A DNA stretch of 63,586 nt, counting the filler, from Octopus bimaculoides (taxonomy: Eukaryota): the NCBI RefSeq assembly GCF_001194135.2. It is 10 parts of 10 records of this genome, joined end to end, with 100 filler letters (N's around TTAATTAATTAA, not from the genome) between each part and the next. Parts side by side here need not be neighbours in the genome. Positions count along the whole stretch, not along the records: positions 51,817 to 53,564 come from NC_069005.1; positions 53,665 to 59,365 come from NC_068995.1; positions 59,466 to 60,757 come from NC_068996.1; positions 60,858 to 63,586 come from NC_068991.1; 6 more parts are not named here. One strand, given 5' to 3'. The notes beneath the pieces are model-generated. The model worked only from the letters and a program-made list of their open reading frames with translations, searched no databases and was not told the DNA's origin. Positions 52,609 to 63,586 of this stretch are shown here, in pieces (position 1 is the stretch's first letter; every line of letters starts with the position of its first letter). The position numbers were made by a program, and so were the translations under genes.

Positions 52609-52986
52609 TGTTGTTGGCACTCCGTCGTTTACGACGTCGAGGGTTCCAGTTGATCCGATCAACAGAACAGCCTGCTCGTGAAATTAACGTGCAAGTGGCT
52701 GAGCACTCCACAGACACGTGTACCCTTAACGTAGTCTCTGGGATATTCAGAGTGTGACAAGGCTGACCCTTTGAATTACAGGTACAACAGAAACAGGAAG
52801 ATATAGAGAGAGAAAGTTGTGGTGGAAGAGTACAGCAGGGTTCGCCACCATCCCCTGCCAGAGCCTCGTGGAGCTTTTAGGCGTTTTCACTCAATAAACA
52901 CTCACAGCGCCTGGTCTGAGAATCGAAACCGCGATCCTATGACCGCGAGTCCGCTGCCCTAACCTCTGGGTCATTGCGCCTCCACC
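52609..52986 (-). mobile_element. Full-length tRNA-derived SINE family G with 11-bp target-site duplication
   Basis: A box tgacccagaggttagg, B box ggtttcgattctc, (aac)n tail; GTCTTCGAAGT at 52598-52608 and 52987-52997. Confidence 0.9.
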
Positions 52987-53502
52987 GTCTTCGAAGTAGA
53001 GTCTAAGAAATCATCCACCAAGCTACGGCGAAAAAATGGCGAAAGATCGATGTCCATTGCAGCCACCGGAAAATACACAAAGCATTTACATTATTATATA
53101 GATTGATAATATTCAATACACTAGAGCTGCTTTTACTTCATATATAAATTTTCTCTTAGGTATGCAATTTCCGGACGTACCAACTCATTATTTTACAAAC
53201 CATAAGTCGTGCACTAGCTAGGTGATTCCTCTTCAACCCAAGAGGGTGCGTAATGCTGACAAGACACAAAGATGGCGTAACATCGATGTCAATCACACCC
53301 ATATATACTCCGCTACGCCAGTGCAGCCATCGGAAACTAAACAAAGCATATACATTAGTATATTATTTCATAATATCTATTACACCACAGCTGCTTTTAC
53401 CTCATATATTTAAATATGTATGTGTATGTATAAAAATGTATATATATATGGTGGTGCACCAGCATGACCGCAGCCACTTGGCTGAAACACATAAATAAAT
53501 AA

Positions 53503-53545
<43 letters not shown>

Positions 53546-54619
53546 TGATCCCTTAATTATATTTNNNNNNNNNNNNNNNNNNNNNNNNNNNNNNNNNNNN
53601 NNNNNNNNTTAATTAATTAANNNNNNNNNNNNNNNNNNNNNNNNNNNNNNNNNNNNNNNNNNNNATATATATATGCGTGCACACGCGTGTAAATATATAT
53701 GCATGAGTGTGTGTGTGTGTGTTTGTGCGTGCTTATTAATGTATGCGTAAATGTATATTGTTTCCCCCTGCCATACATACAAACACACACAAACACACGC
53801 AAACACACGCACACACATACAAAATTTCTGCTCTACCTCTACCCCTCGCTTACACTATCATCGACAGGACGAAATTATAAAACCGGAACTGTCATGTTTA
53901 TTTATCGTTGTCCTAGTATGATTAAGAGAGCTAGTGTCATGAATTAATTTGCCTGCTCATAGACATTCGTTGATAGCAACCGGCCGGGCACCGTCATTGC
54001 CCCTCACCCCTACACTTTCCTTTATACACGTTTTCCTACCTTCTTCCCTCACACATACAATCTCTGTGCCACATACGCTCAGGGAAACAGGGAGAGCGAG
54101 AGAGAGAGAGAGAGGGGCAGACAGAAAGATGGAGTGTCACTGATTTTCGGTTCCATGTACCTCCAAAGATGTTGTTAGATTGTCTAGGCGAGATAAAAAT
54201 CTTTACTAATCATTGTTTATGTGGCTGAGTTTCAGAAGGTGTTGATAATGTTGTTGTTTAACCCTGAGTTAGCATTGATTAACTAGATCTATGGCCAACC
54301 ATCTTTCCAACCATGACTCCCCCATCATGTATGTACGATATCTTTTGCAGCTTTTGGTGTCAACTTGTTTAAGACAAGATTTAGTTTCAAGCTTTCACTT
54401 CATTAATTGTAACATAATAGAATGACCAGCCTATAACAACACAATTCTCTCAATAATTTGGATATTTTCTTTCTTGTATCTGAAGAGAAGTATCTTTCGT
54501 GAAATAGTATAGAAATACGTAAAGTCATACCATATCTTTTCTTTTTCGTTTCTTAGCATCACCATGACTATTTTGACTACTTTCACCTCTATATTACTCA
54601 AAGGGTTCACAAACATTTA

Positions 54620-54668
<49 letters not shown>

Positions 54669-55859
54669 NNNNNNNNNNNNNNNNNNNNNNNNNNNNNNNN
54701 NNNNNNNNNNNNNNNNNNNNNNNNNNNNNNNNNNNNNNNNNNNNNNNNNNNNNNNNNNNNNNNNNNNNNNNNNNNNNNNNNNNNNNNNNNNNNNNNNNNN
54801 NNNNNNNNNNNNNNNNNNNNNNNNNNNNNNNNNNNNNNNNNNNNNNNNNNNNNNNNNNNNNNNNNNNNNNNNNNNNNNNNNNNNNNNNNNNNNNNNNNNN
54901 NNNNNNNNNNNNNNNNNNNNNNNNNNNNNNNNNNNNNNNNNNNNNNNNNNNNNNNNNNNNNNNNNNNNNNNNNNNNNNNNNNNNNNNNNNNNNNNNNNNN
55001 NNNNNNNNNNNNNNNNNNNNNNNNNNNNNNNNNNNNNNNNNNNNNNNNNNNNNNNNNNNNNNNNNNNNNNNNNNNNNNNNNNNNNNNNNNNNNNNNNNNN
55101 NNNNNNNNNNNNNNNNNNNNNNNNNNNNNNNNNNNNNNNNNNNNNNNNNNNNNNNNNNNNNNNNNNNNNNNNNNNNNNNNNNNNNNNNNNNNNNNNNNNN
55201 NNNNNNNNNNNNNNNNNNNNNNNNNNNNNNNNNNNNNNNNNNNNNNNNNNNNNNNNNNNNNNNNNNNNNNNNTATATATATATATATACATGTATGTATA
55301 TATAGACGAAATAACCGCTTAAAAAGAAGCGATATAGACAAATAACACAACGCATACAAAATTCCACCCCCACCCCCCCAAAAAAAACCCAAAAAAACAA
55401 AAAAACAAAACAAAAGCAGATCAAAACATTATTCTAAACTGAATTGTCAAAAATGCACCACTATACATTCTTCGTTGTATTTGATTCGGCAGAGCTGTTT
55501 TAGATTTGGTGCAACCATTGCATTCTTTTTTTTATACTCTACTTGTTGCCTGGTGCTGTTTCTATAGTATATTGTTGTTGGCACCGCACCGCCGATCGCA
55601 ATAGTAGCAGTTGTAGTGGCGCAGGATAATGTCCATCACGTTTTAATTAGAAAGTTAAACAACACGTGTTTACTACATAAAAATAGCACGTATATATGTT
55701 CCGCAGCACACAGTCCCCAGACCACAGCGTACTTGCTACATTTTAGCATCACATATAGTCTACTGAGACGCACATCTCTTGTATAACATCCTCACATACA
55801 TATTCTCTGTATATATATATATATATACATACACACATGTGTATATGTGTTTTTGTGTG

Positions 55860-55931
<72 letters not shown>

Positions 55932-57059
55932 TATACTAACTCATCTACGCAACTACGTCAAAGAAAATACACACTGACAGATGCAGCGTTGGTAGACATA
56001 GGCACACGTACATTGTAAACTATAAATACATGTATGCGTACACATATATCTGGTATATACGCAACTCTCTCTCTTTCTCTTTGTCTCTCTCACACCCACA
56101 CATAGATGCACGCACGCACATATCCAGTCATGTACACAATAACACTTACATAGACGTATACATCTATAAAGATATACGCATAAGCAAACACTGAGGCAAG
56201 CACACACTCACACAGACAAACACACGTATGCACACACTGCAATGTTAAGCCCATTGTTTTGTCTTTGTGTACACAAGTGTGCTCAAATATACGCAGGCGA
56301 AAAATAAAACATGTTTCGTTAGAATTTTTAGATGAGAAAAATAAGAAAAATAACAACACAACTAATAAAAGAGTACGTTACATTATTAATTGTTTGGCCG
56401 GCATAATTGCCACCTTTCACTCGCAATGTCATGTTCAAACTTGTAAAATATAACAACAACAACAACAACAACGACGACGACGACGACGACGACGACGACA
56501 ATTGCAACAACAATAACAACAACAAATGCAACAACGCAACCAGAAGCAGCAAAATGAAGCCAATCAAGAAGTATCTACAAGGCCGTTCCCTCTGCTAGAA
56601 ATAGCAGATGAGGTAAATATTCTTCCGTGTTATTTTTATAGCTAAAACATATCTACTATCAGAACTTGTATCATGGAAGATTAATTTTGTATAATTTATT
56701 TCAATTTATTCTCCCTTCTATTTTAGTATGATTAAATCGTCATTTTAAGCTATTGAAACCGGTGGCGTAATTTGATAAAAATGGAAATATTTTCTTTTAT
56801 TCATAATAGAATTCTCATCGTAACTTCCTTCTTTTTGAATTTTCTAAAACACACACACACATACGTGTAAACCTACCTACATTGACACTTATAGCCAAGA
56901 AAATATGTAAGTGTATACACAATTAACCGATTATAATTTTTAAATTCTTATAGAAACTACAAATAGAAATTAATTTGTTCTGCTTTTTTCAACGCCTGTT
57001 TTGAAACTGATGTCCATTCTGGCCTAGGATTTGCTGATATTGCGAAGCAATGGAATCGC

Positions 57060-57242
57060 AAGCATTAAATGCCTAGTTGCGTTTCGTCCGTCTTTTCGTT
57101 CTGAGTTCAAATGCCTCCGTGGTCGACTTTGCCTGTCATCCTTTCGAGGTCGATAAAATAAGTACCAGTTGAAGATTGCGCCGATGTAATCGACTTGCTC
57201 CCTACCCGGAAATTGATGGCCTTGTGACAATATTTGAAACCA
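57060..57242 (+). mobile_element. SINE family A (5' end missing)
   Basis: B box and central domain present; tail type as at 7550-7583. Confidence 0.8.
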
Positions 57243-57589
57243 ATATTTAAAATATTTCATTCTCTTCGTGCCAATGACCATCCATTGACTGGTTACTTCG
57301 TTAGGGCATAACCCGACAAAATGCTTTACAATACGCCACCGAGTACTTTACGTTCTCAATACAAATCTCTTCAAGGCTGACCTAGCCCTCTACCACACCG
57401 GAATCGATTAAATAAAGTACCACGATGTCGATTAAATAAAGTACGAGTTAAGTCATGGAGTCAGTATAATCCATTGTCGTTTCCAGCCCACAAATCTATA
57501 GTCTCGTGAATTCTTTTTTACGTTACAAAGAATTATTTGTGCGGCACAACTTGCTACTTTTTGTAACACACAATTGTGCCACGGTGCGC

Positions 57590-57920
57590 TGTTTAACTTA
57601 GCGGTTCGGCAAAGAGTAGTACTAGGCGGTGAGCTGGCAGAATCGTTAGCACGCTGAATGAAAATGCTTAGCAATCGCAATGTTGTAAGTTCAAATTCCG
57701 CCGAGGTCGACTTTGCCTTTCATCCTTTTGGGGCCGATAAATTAAGTACCAGTAAAACACTGGGGTCGATGTAATCGATTATCCCCATCCCCCAAATTTC
57801 AGGCCTTGTGCCTATAGTAGAAAGAGTAGTACTAGATTTACAAAGAACAAGTCCGGGGGTCGATTTGTTCGACTAAAGGCATTGCTCCAGCATGGCCACA
57901 GTCAAATGACTGAAACAAGT
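57590..57920 (+). mobile_element. SINE B 3' half with a full SINE A (57626-57820) inserted
   Basis: aaagagtagtactag direct repeat at 57611-57625 and 57821-57835. Confidence 0.85.
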
Positions 57921-57923
57921 CAT

Positions 57924-57964
<41 letters not shown>

Positions 57965-58570
57965 CGTACGCACCGATATGCCGTGATACTAATCGGCCGT
58001 GAACTTTTGCACACAACTTTAGCTAAGGACGGCTTACGAAGTCTCTTTTAAGCCGGTCAGATGTCCGTCTTGAGCCCCGTTCAAGCACTTAGTGTATGTG
58101 TGTGTATGTGTGTGTGTGTGTGTGTGTGCGTGCGTGGATAGATGTGCAGGGTGTGAGGTGGTGGGGGAGATTGTTTAATATCTTCGTCACTTACCATCCT
58201 ACGCATATACACACTCACATGTAAGTAATATATACACAAACGTACGTACACATATACACGCATATGTACATATGCGCTGACTGATGTTCTCTGGAACCGT
58301 ACAGACACACATACGTACATACACACATATGTGCACACGCACACGCATACACGCGCACACACATACGCACAATGACATACGCACATATATGCATAGACGC
58401 AATGTTACACGTCGTGGTACACAATGACGTAGGCATAATTACCTCCACGTGAATGGAACAGGACAGCAACATATCCACGCATGCTTTGTATTGCTTGGAA
58501 ACTGTCTACACTCGTAGGACATATACTCACACACATACACACACACACACACACATTCAGATCTCGACAT

Positions 58571-58603
<33 letters not shown>

Positions 58604-59759
58604 AACAAACAAACAAGCATACACATCCAAATATTACTGTGACATTTTCCTAAATCACGCAGATAAATAGTTATATATGTTGTTACTTAAAGCCTAATAA
58701 CACACAACTCTCTCTCTCTCACTCTCTCTCTCTCTCATTTTCTCCCTCTGGCTCTCTCCATATCTCTCTCATATACGTGTCTTCACTCATTGTATGATCA
58801 TTGTCTGTAGTTCAAAGCAATTTGAATAAGCTTCGATCTTGATACACGCATACATACACATGCAGATACAATCGTAACCACAGCCCTAACTTTAACCCTA
58901 ACATTTATAAACGCAAAAGTTACGTAATTGATAGGGTCCAACAAAGTTGGCTTCGTGATTCAGCAGTTAAAATATGGAAATTGTTTTAATGCAAAGCTAA
59001 ATATAATTTCATATTCAGAATTAATTAACAGGGAATTAATAAATATTTTTCTTTTTCATTCTCGTTTCAATTAGTAAGATGATGAAGAATAGAGGCAAGA
59101 TGGAAGGAAGAATTTATTTCCGGATCCAATGATAATAATAATTTCTAGTGGTCGAAACACGATATTAGAAAAACAGACAACTGAGGAAGGGTTGTTCTTT
59201 ATGTTGCTTGATTTGTTTTCCATTTGTGTCTTTCGTTGTTCGAAAGAACAGTTCATGTACCATGTACTCGTGGTCCGTACTTTTTTGTTGTACGCGTTTC
59301 ATGAGCCCACATATGCATAAATATATATAAACGTATAGATGTATGTACATATACGTATACATATANNNNNNNNNNNNNNNNNNNNNNNNNNNNNNNNNNN
59401 NNNNNNNNNTTAATTAATTAANNNNNNNNNNNNNNNNNNNNNNNNNNNNNNNNNNNNNNNNNNNNGTCAAGTAAATGAGACGCATCTTTGCCTCCACTAA
59501 TTCACTTGCAAAGTGTTGAGTAAAATAATTTCGTTGCAGACCTCCTTTGGGTCTTTTTATTATCACTACGACACACATAGTCCCCAGTTGGTAACATTGA
59601 TTTCAAGGCCCTCCTAGATGAGAGACTGGCATTCCACTTAATGTCTATGTTCCATGCTGGCATGGATTGGAGAGTTATTAATGTAGAAATATGGTATCGT
59701 AGCTACTAACAGTTGAGGGTTGCGTAGTCTAGACGGCGTTTTTAGATTTCATTATTCTC

Positions 59760-60494
59760 TTTAACCCGGGCAAAGCCGGGTATTTCTGCTAGTATATATA
59801 TATGTATATATATTCTTTGTATATTCTATGTATATATACTAGCAGAGGTACCCGGTGTTGCTTGGGATTTAAATGGCATATGTGGTACAGTTAGGTTGAA
59901 ACGTGTGATACAGAGATGTGCAGCATTGACAACAAGACATTTGTGGAGTAAATAAAGGGCTAATTCAAGTAAGTGACATGGCATACGTCTGTTTGGAAGA
60001 TTTCAGGCCCCAGCATGGGCTACAGTCTAATGACTGAAAAAACCTACTGTAATAATACTCCTGTGTTTTTCTGTCACAACATATAAATGAGAAAGGAAGG
60101 AGTGATAGATGAATAAAGAAAGAAGGGGTGATGGCAAACTGGTAGTGGGAGCGTTTCAACTCTGCTAGTATATATGTGTGTGTATGTAAAAGGGAGGTAT
60201 GTGAATGTGTGTGTGTGTGTGTGTGTGGGGGGGATGGTGAACATTGAATGCTGAAAAGAAAAATCAAACAGCATTTCAACTCTATGTGAATATATGTGTG
60301 TGTGTGTACAAGGGAAGTACGTGAATGTTTATATGTGTGAACCAGTGTTCTTTCAGTAACAAATGATCAATGTCACATCTCAAAAGACAACTACTAGATA
60401 ACATTGACAAGTGTATTAATTTGATTTAGCCTCCATATTTATATATAAAATACTACAATTAGCTGTCATTTTTGATGGCACATAGCCAGCTAGT
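59760..60494 (+). mobile_element. Helitron-like non-autonomous termini in tandem, separated by (TA)n
   Basis: 3' end: hairpin cccgg-gcaaag-ccggg (59765-59780) plus CTAG (59789-92). New 5' end actagc..acccggtgttgcttggg (59838-66). Second 3' end ggc-acata-gcc-agCTAG (60477-60493). Confidence 0.55.
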
Positions 60495-60589
60495 ATATAT
60501 ATATATATATATACTATAATAATATATTCCTCTATACACAATCATACAAAACCCCCTTTTTTTGTATTTATTTTTACTCGCATATATAT

Positions 60590-60757
60590 CATCATCATCA
60601 TCATCATCGTTTAACGTCCGCTTTCCAAGCTAGCATGGGTTGGACGATTTGACTGAGGACTGGTGAAACCGGATGGCAACACCAGGCTCCAGTCTAATTT
60701 GGCAGAGTTTCTACAGCTGGATGCCCTTCCTAACGCCAACCACTCAGAGAGTGTAGT
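60590..60757 (-). mobile_element. SINE family C 3' part
   Basis: Near-identical to 35695-35843. Confidence 0.85.
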
Positions 60758-60857
60758 NNNNNNNNNNNNNNNNNNNNNNNNNNNNNNNNNNNNNNNNNNN
60801 NTTAATTAATTAANNNNNNNNNNNNNNNNNNNNNNNNNNNNNNNNNNNNNNNNNNNN

Positions 60858-60897
60858 GTTACTCGGAGTTTCACGTTCCCATTCATCGGACAGTTTT
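60858..60897 (-). ncRNA. Mirror hammerhead fold on the minus strand
   Basis: aaaactgt CCGATGA ATG-GGAA-CGT GAAAC TCCGA GTA ac; the rest of stem I is lost in the gap. Confidence 0.55.
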
Positions 60898-61113
60898 GTT
60901 AGAAATGGGAAAGAAATGACGATGCGATCAAAACTAATATGAATCTATATTGAATTCATTTTTGTTCATTGCACACCCAAGACTGTTATTTGAAACGACC
61001 AATGAAACAGGTCCATGTGTTTTAAATTTTATATTAGTTTTGATTGCATCGTCATTTCTTTCCCATTTCTAACAAAACTGTCCGATGAACAGGAACGTGA
61101 AACTCTGAGTAAC
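60858..61113. repeat. 83-bp inverted repeat (60858-60940 / 61031-61113) with 90-bp spacer
   Basis: Arms compared by hand: 4 mismatches. Left arm is cut by a gap. Confidence 0.95.
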
Positions 61114-61124
61114 AGTTTTTTGTT
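61071..61124 (+). ncRNA. Type I hammerhead ribozyme fold (U4C variant)
   Basis: Stem I aaaactgt(61074-81)/acagtttt(61112-19); CCGATGA 61082-88; stem II ac..gt; GAAAC 61099-103; stem III ACTC/GAGT; GTA 61109-11. Confidence 0.65.
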
Positions 61125-61489
61125 ATATTTCTGCTGCTTTTAAATAAAGTATATATATATATATATATATATCAATATTGGGCTATGGTAGAAGACAGTT
61201 GTCCAGGGTTGTACATATTAGTATCAAATCCAGAGACACATAAGTAGAAAGGGAACTTCCTAATCATATAGTCCTTCCTGAAGGAGAATACATGAAATAT
61301 ATTACATAGATAGCATCCATAGTTCAACACAAAGGTTGTTGTTGACTTTGATTTTAAACTTTCAGGGATCTATAAAATAAGTATTAGGCATTTACGAGAG
61401 TCACTTCAGAGAATTATAGCTTCACTTCACAAAGATGAAGTATTATGCTCATGTAACATGCTTATAACATTGCTCAGGCACAGGTGTGA

Positions 61490-61760
61490 CTGAGTGGTTA
61501 AGAAACTTGCTTCCCATGCATGTGATTTTGGGTTCAGTCCCAGTGCATGACACCTTGGGTGTCTCCTACTATAGTCCCAAGCCAACCAAAGCCTTATAAG
61601 CAGATTTGTTAGTATTTTGCCATGGCCAGACAGTTTTTCACTGGGACTTGATCCGTCCAGGCCTATTTTAGAAGGCACTTGCTCAAGGTTCTACACAGTA
61701 GGACTGAACTTGAAACCATATGGTTGGGAAGCAAATTTCTTAACCACACAGCCACATCTA
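61490..61760. mobile_element. Two SINE B heads in convergent orientation (+61490-61615, -61668-61760)
   Basis: gggttcagtccc on + and ggactgaact on the opposite strand. Confidence 0.7.
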
Positions 61761-61777
61761 TATGTGCATACATATAC

Positions 61778-61843
<66 letters not shown>

Positions 61844-62249
61844 AGAGAGAGAGAGAGAGAGACTGACAGACAGACATAGATACACACACGTGTGTGTGTA
61901 TGATTGTGTCGTGTTGACACTACAACAGGTTGTGTAATGACTGAAACCAGCAGAAGAATAAAAGAATTTAATGTCTAGTTTGCTGACTCATTTCTTAATC
62001 TTTCTACAGCTGGAACCTCAATCTATCAATATCTTACTTTTGTGTCTGCACTGTTTAACTGACAATTATGATAGCCACTAGTATTGATTAACTGTTACTA
62101 CTGCTGTTTAGCCTCAATAGCAGTGCTGATCAAAAGGTATTTTAGCCATAATTATCCAGTCTTATATTCAAACATAGTGTAGCCAGGATTACCTAATGTG
62201 CCCTTTATTTTATTTTTTTTTTGTGCCTCAGACACCAGTGTGTGCCATT

Positions 62250-62445
62250 CGAGAGAACTCATGATCATAAGATTGTGGTTTCAATTCCTAGACCAAGCGA
62301 TGCATTATTTTTTTTTAGCTAAATACTTCATTTCAGCTGACAAAAATGAGTAATCCTGCAATGGACCAGCGTCCCGTCCAAATAGGAAATATATATGCCA
62401 TGGAAACAGGCTCTATGAGTCATTATGACTTGAGAAAGACCTTTA
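62250..62445 (+). mobile_element. V-SINE-like remnant
   Basis: tRNA-like ggtttcaattcc, then cctgcaatggaccagcgtcccgtcca (62355-62380) resembling the V-domain gatggactggcgtcccgtccagg. Confidence 0.45.
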
Positions 62446-62701
62446 TCCTTTTTTTTTATAGCTCTTGATTATTTTTTTCNNNNNNNNNNNNNNNNNNNNN
62501 NNNNNNNNNNNNNNNNNNNNNNNNNNNNNNNNNNNNNNNNNNNNNNNNNNNNNNNNNNNNNNNNNNNNNNNNNNNNNNNNNNNNNNNNNNNNNNNNNNNN
62601 NNNNNNNNNNNNNNNNNNNNNNNNNNNNNNNNNNNNNNNNNNNNNNNNNNNNNNNNNNNNNNNNNNNNNNNNNNNNNNNNNNNNNNNNNNNNNNNNNNNN
62701 N

Positions 62702-63010
62702 GTCTTCTACTATAGCCTTGGGCTGACCAAAGCCTTATGAGTGGATTTGGTAGACGGAAACTGAAAGAAGCCCGTCGTATATATATATATATATGTATGT
62801 TTGTGTGTCTGTGTTTGTCCCCCCAGCATCGCTTGGCAACCAATGGTGATGTGTTTACATCTCCGTAACTTAATGGTTCAGCAAAAGGGACCGATAGAAT
62901 GAGTACTAGGCTTACAAAGAATAAGTCCTGGGGTTGATTTGCTCGACTAAAGGCGGTGCTCCAGCATGGCTGCAGTCAAATGATTGAAACAAGTAAAAGA
63001 GTAAAGAGTA
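62702..63010 (+). mobile_element. SINE family B, young, head lost in gap
   Basis: Reverse complement of 2826-3150. Confidence 0.9.
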
Positions 63011-63229
63011 GTTTAGCTATCTCTTTTTGATGTTATTTAATAAAACTACTTTTAGTCTTTTGCTATTCTCTGTACTACACCATGATATTGCCAAGCCTTC
63101 CATATGCCAACATGTGAAAGGCATCTAAGCTGTTTGATAATACTTTTGTTATTAAGCTCCAAAATGTAGAGTGTACCATACGTAACATTCTAATAACTTT
63201 TGGATAAACAGTGACAAAATGTCAGCAAC

Positions 63230-63560
63230 CTTTTACTTGTTTCAGTCATTGAACTGCAGCCATGCTGAGGTACCACCTTCGAGGATTTTTGATTGAATGA
63301 ATCGGCCTCAGTACTTATATTTTTTTTAAGGGTGGTACTTATTCTATCCATCTCTAAAGCCAAACTGCTAAGTTAGAGACTTAATGTAGCATTGGTTACC
63401 TAGTGATGGTGGGGTGGGGGGGCACAAACAGGCTTCTTTTCAATTTCTGTCAACAAAATCCACTCACAAGGCTTCGGTTAGCCCATCACAGTAAGACTGA
63501 ACCCAAAACCATGTGTTTGGAAAGCAAACTTCTAACCACACAGCCACGTCTGTACCATGC
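63230..63560 (-). mobile_element. SINE family B, old full-length copy
   Basis: Tail ttttacttgtttcagtcatt through head ctaaccacacagccac. Confidence 0.75.
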
Positions 63561-63586
63561 TGTTTTAGACTGAACATCATCATCAC

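Overview
This is eukaryotic, repeat-saturated draft genomic DNA with many N gaps. The SINE families, extreme microsatellite density and gap style point to a coleoid cephalopod, most likely Octopus (inference). Nearly all ORFs in the track come from microsatellites or Ns, and no complete host gene, rRNA, tRNA or CRISPR array is supportable. The window contains: (i) at least six families of tRNA-derived SINEs, which I label A-G; they are nested, dimeric or modular, and two have clear target-site duplications; (ii) fragments of restriction-like-endonuclease (RLE) non-LTR retrotransposons, including a young R4/Dong-like family sitting in (AAT)n arrays, one piece of which looks internally deleted; (iii) a Penelope-like GIY-YIG remnant and several hammerhead-ribozyme motifs; (iv) DNA-transposon and Helitron-like ends; (v) a CpG-depleted ~31-48 kb domain with candidate micro-exons. 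The most striking structure is an 83-bp inverted repeat at 60858-61113 with a type I hammerhead fold at each outer tip. Family labels are mine, and element boundaries are approximate unless a motif coordinate is quoted.
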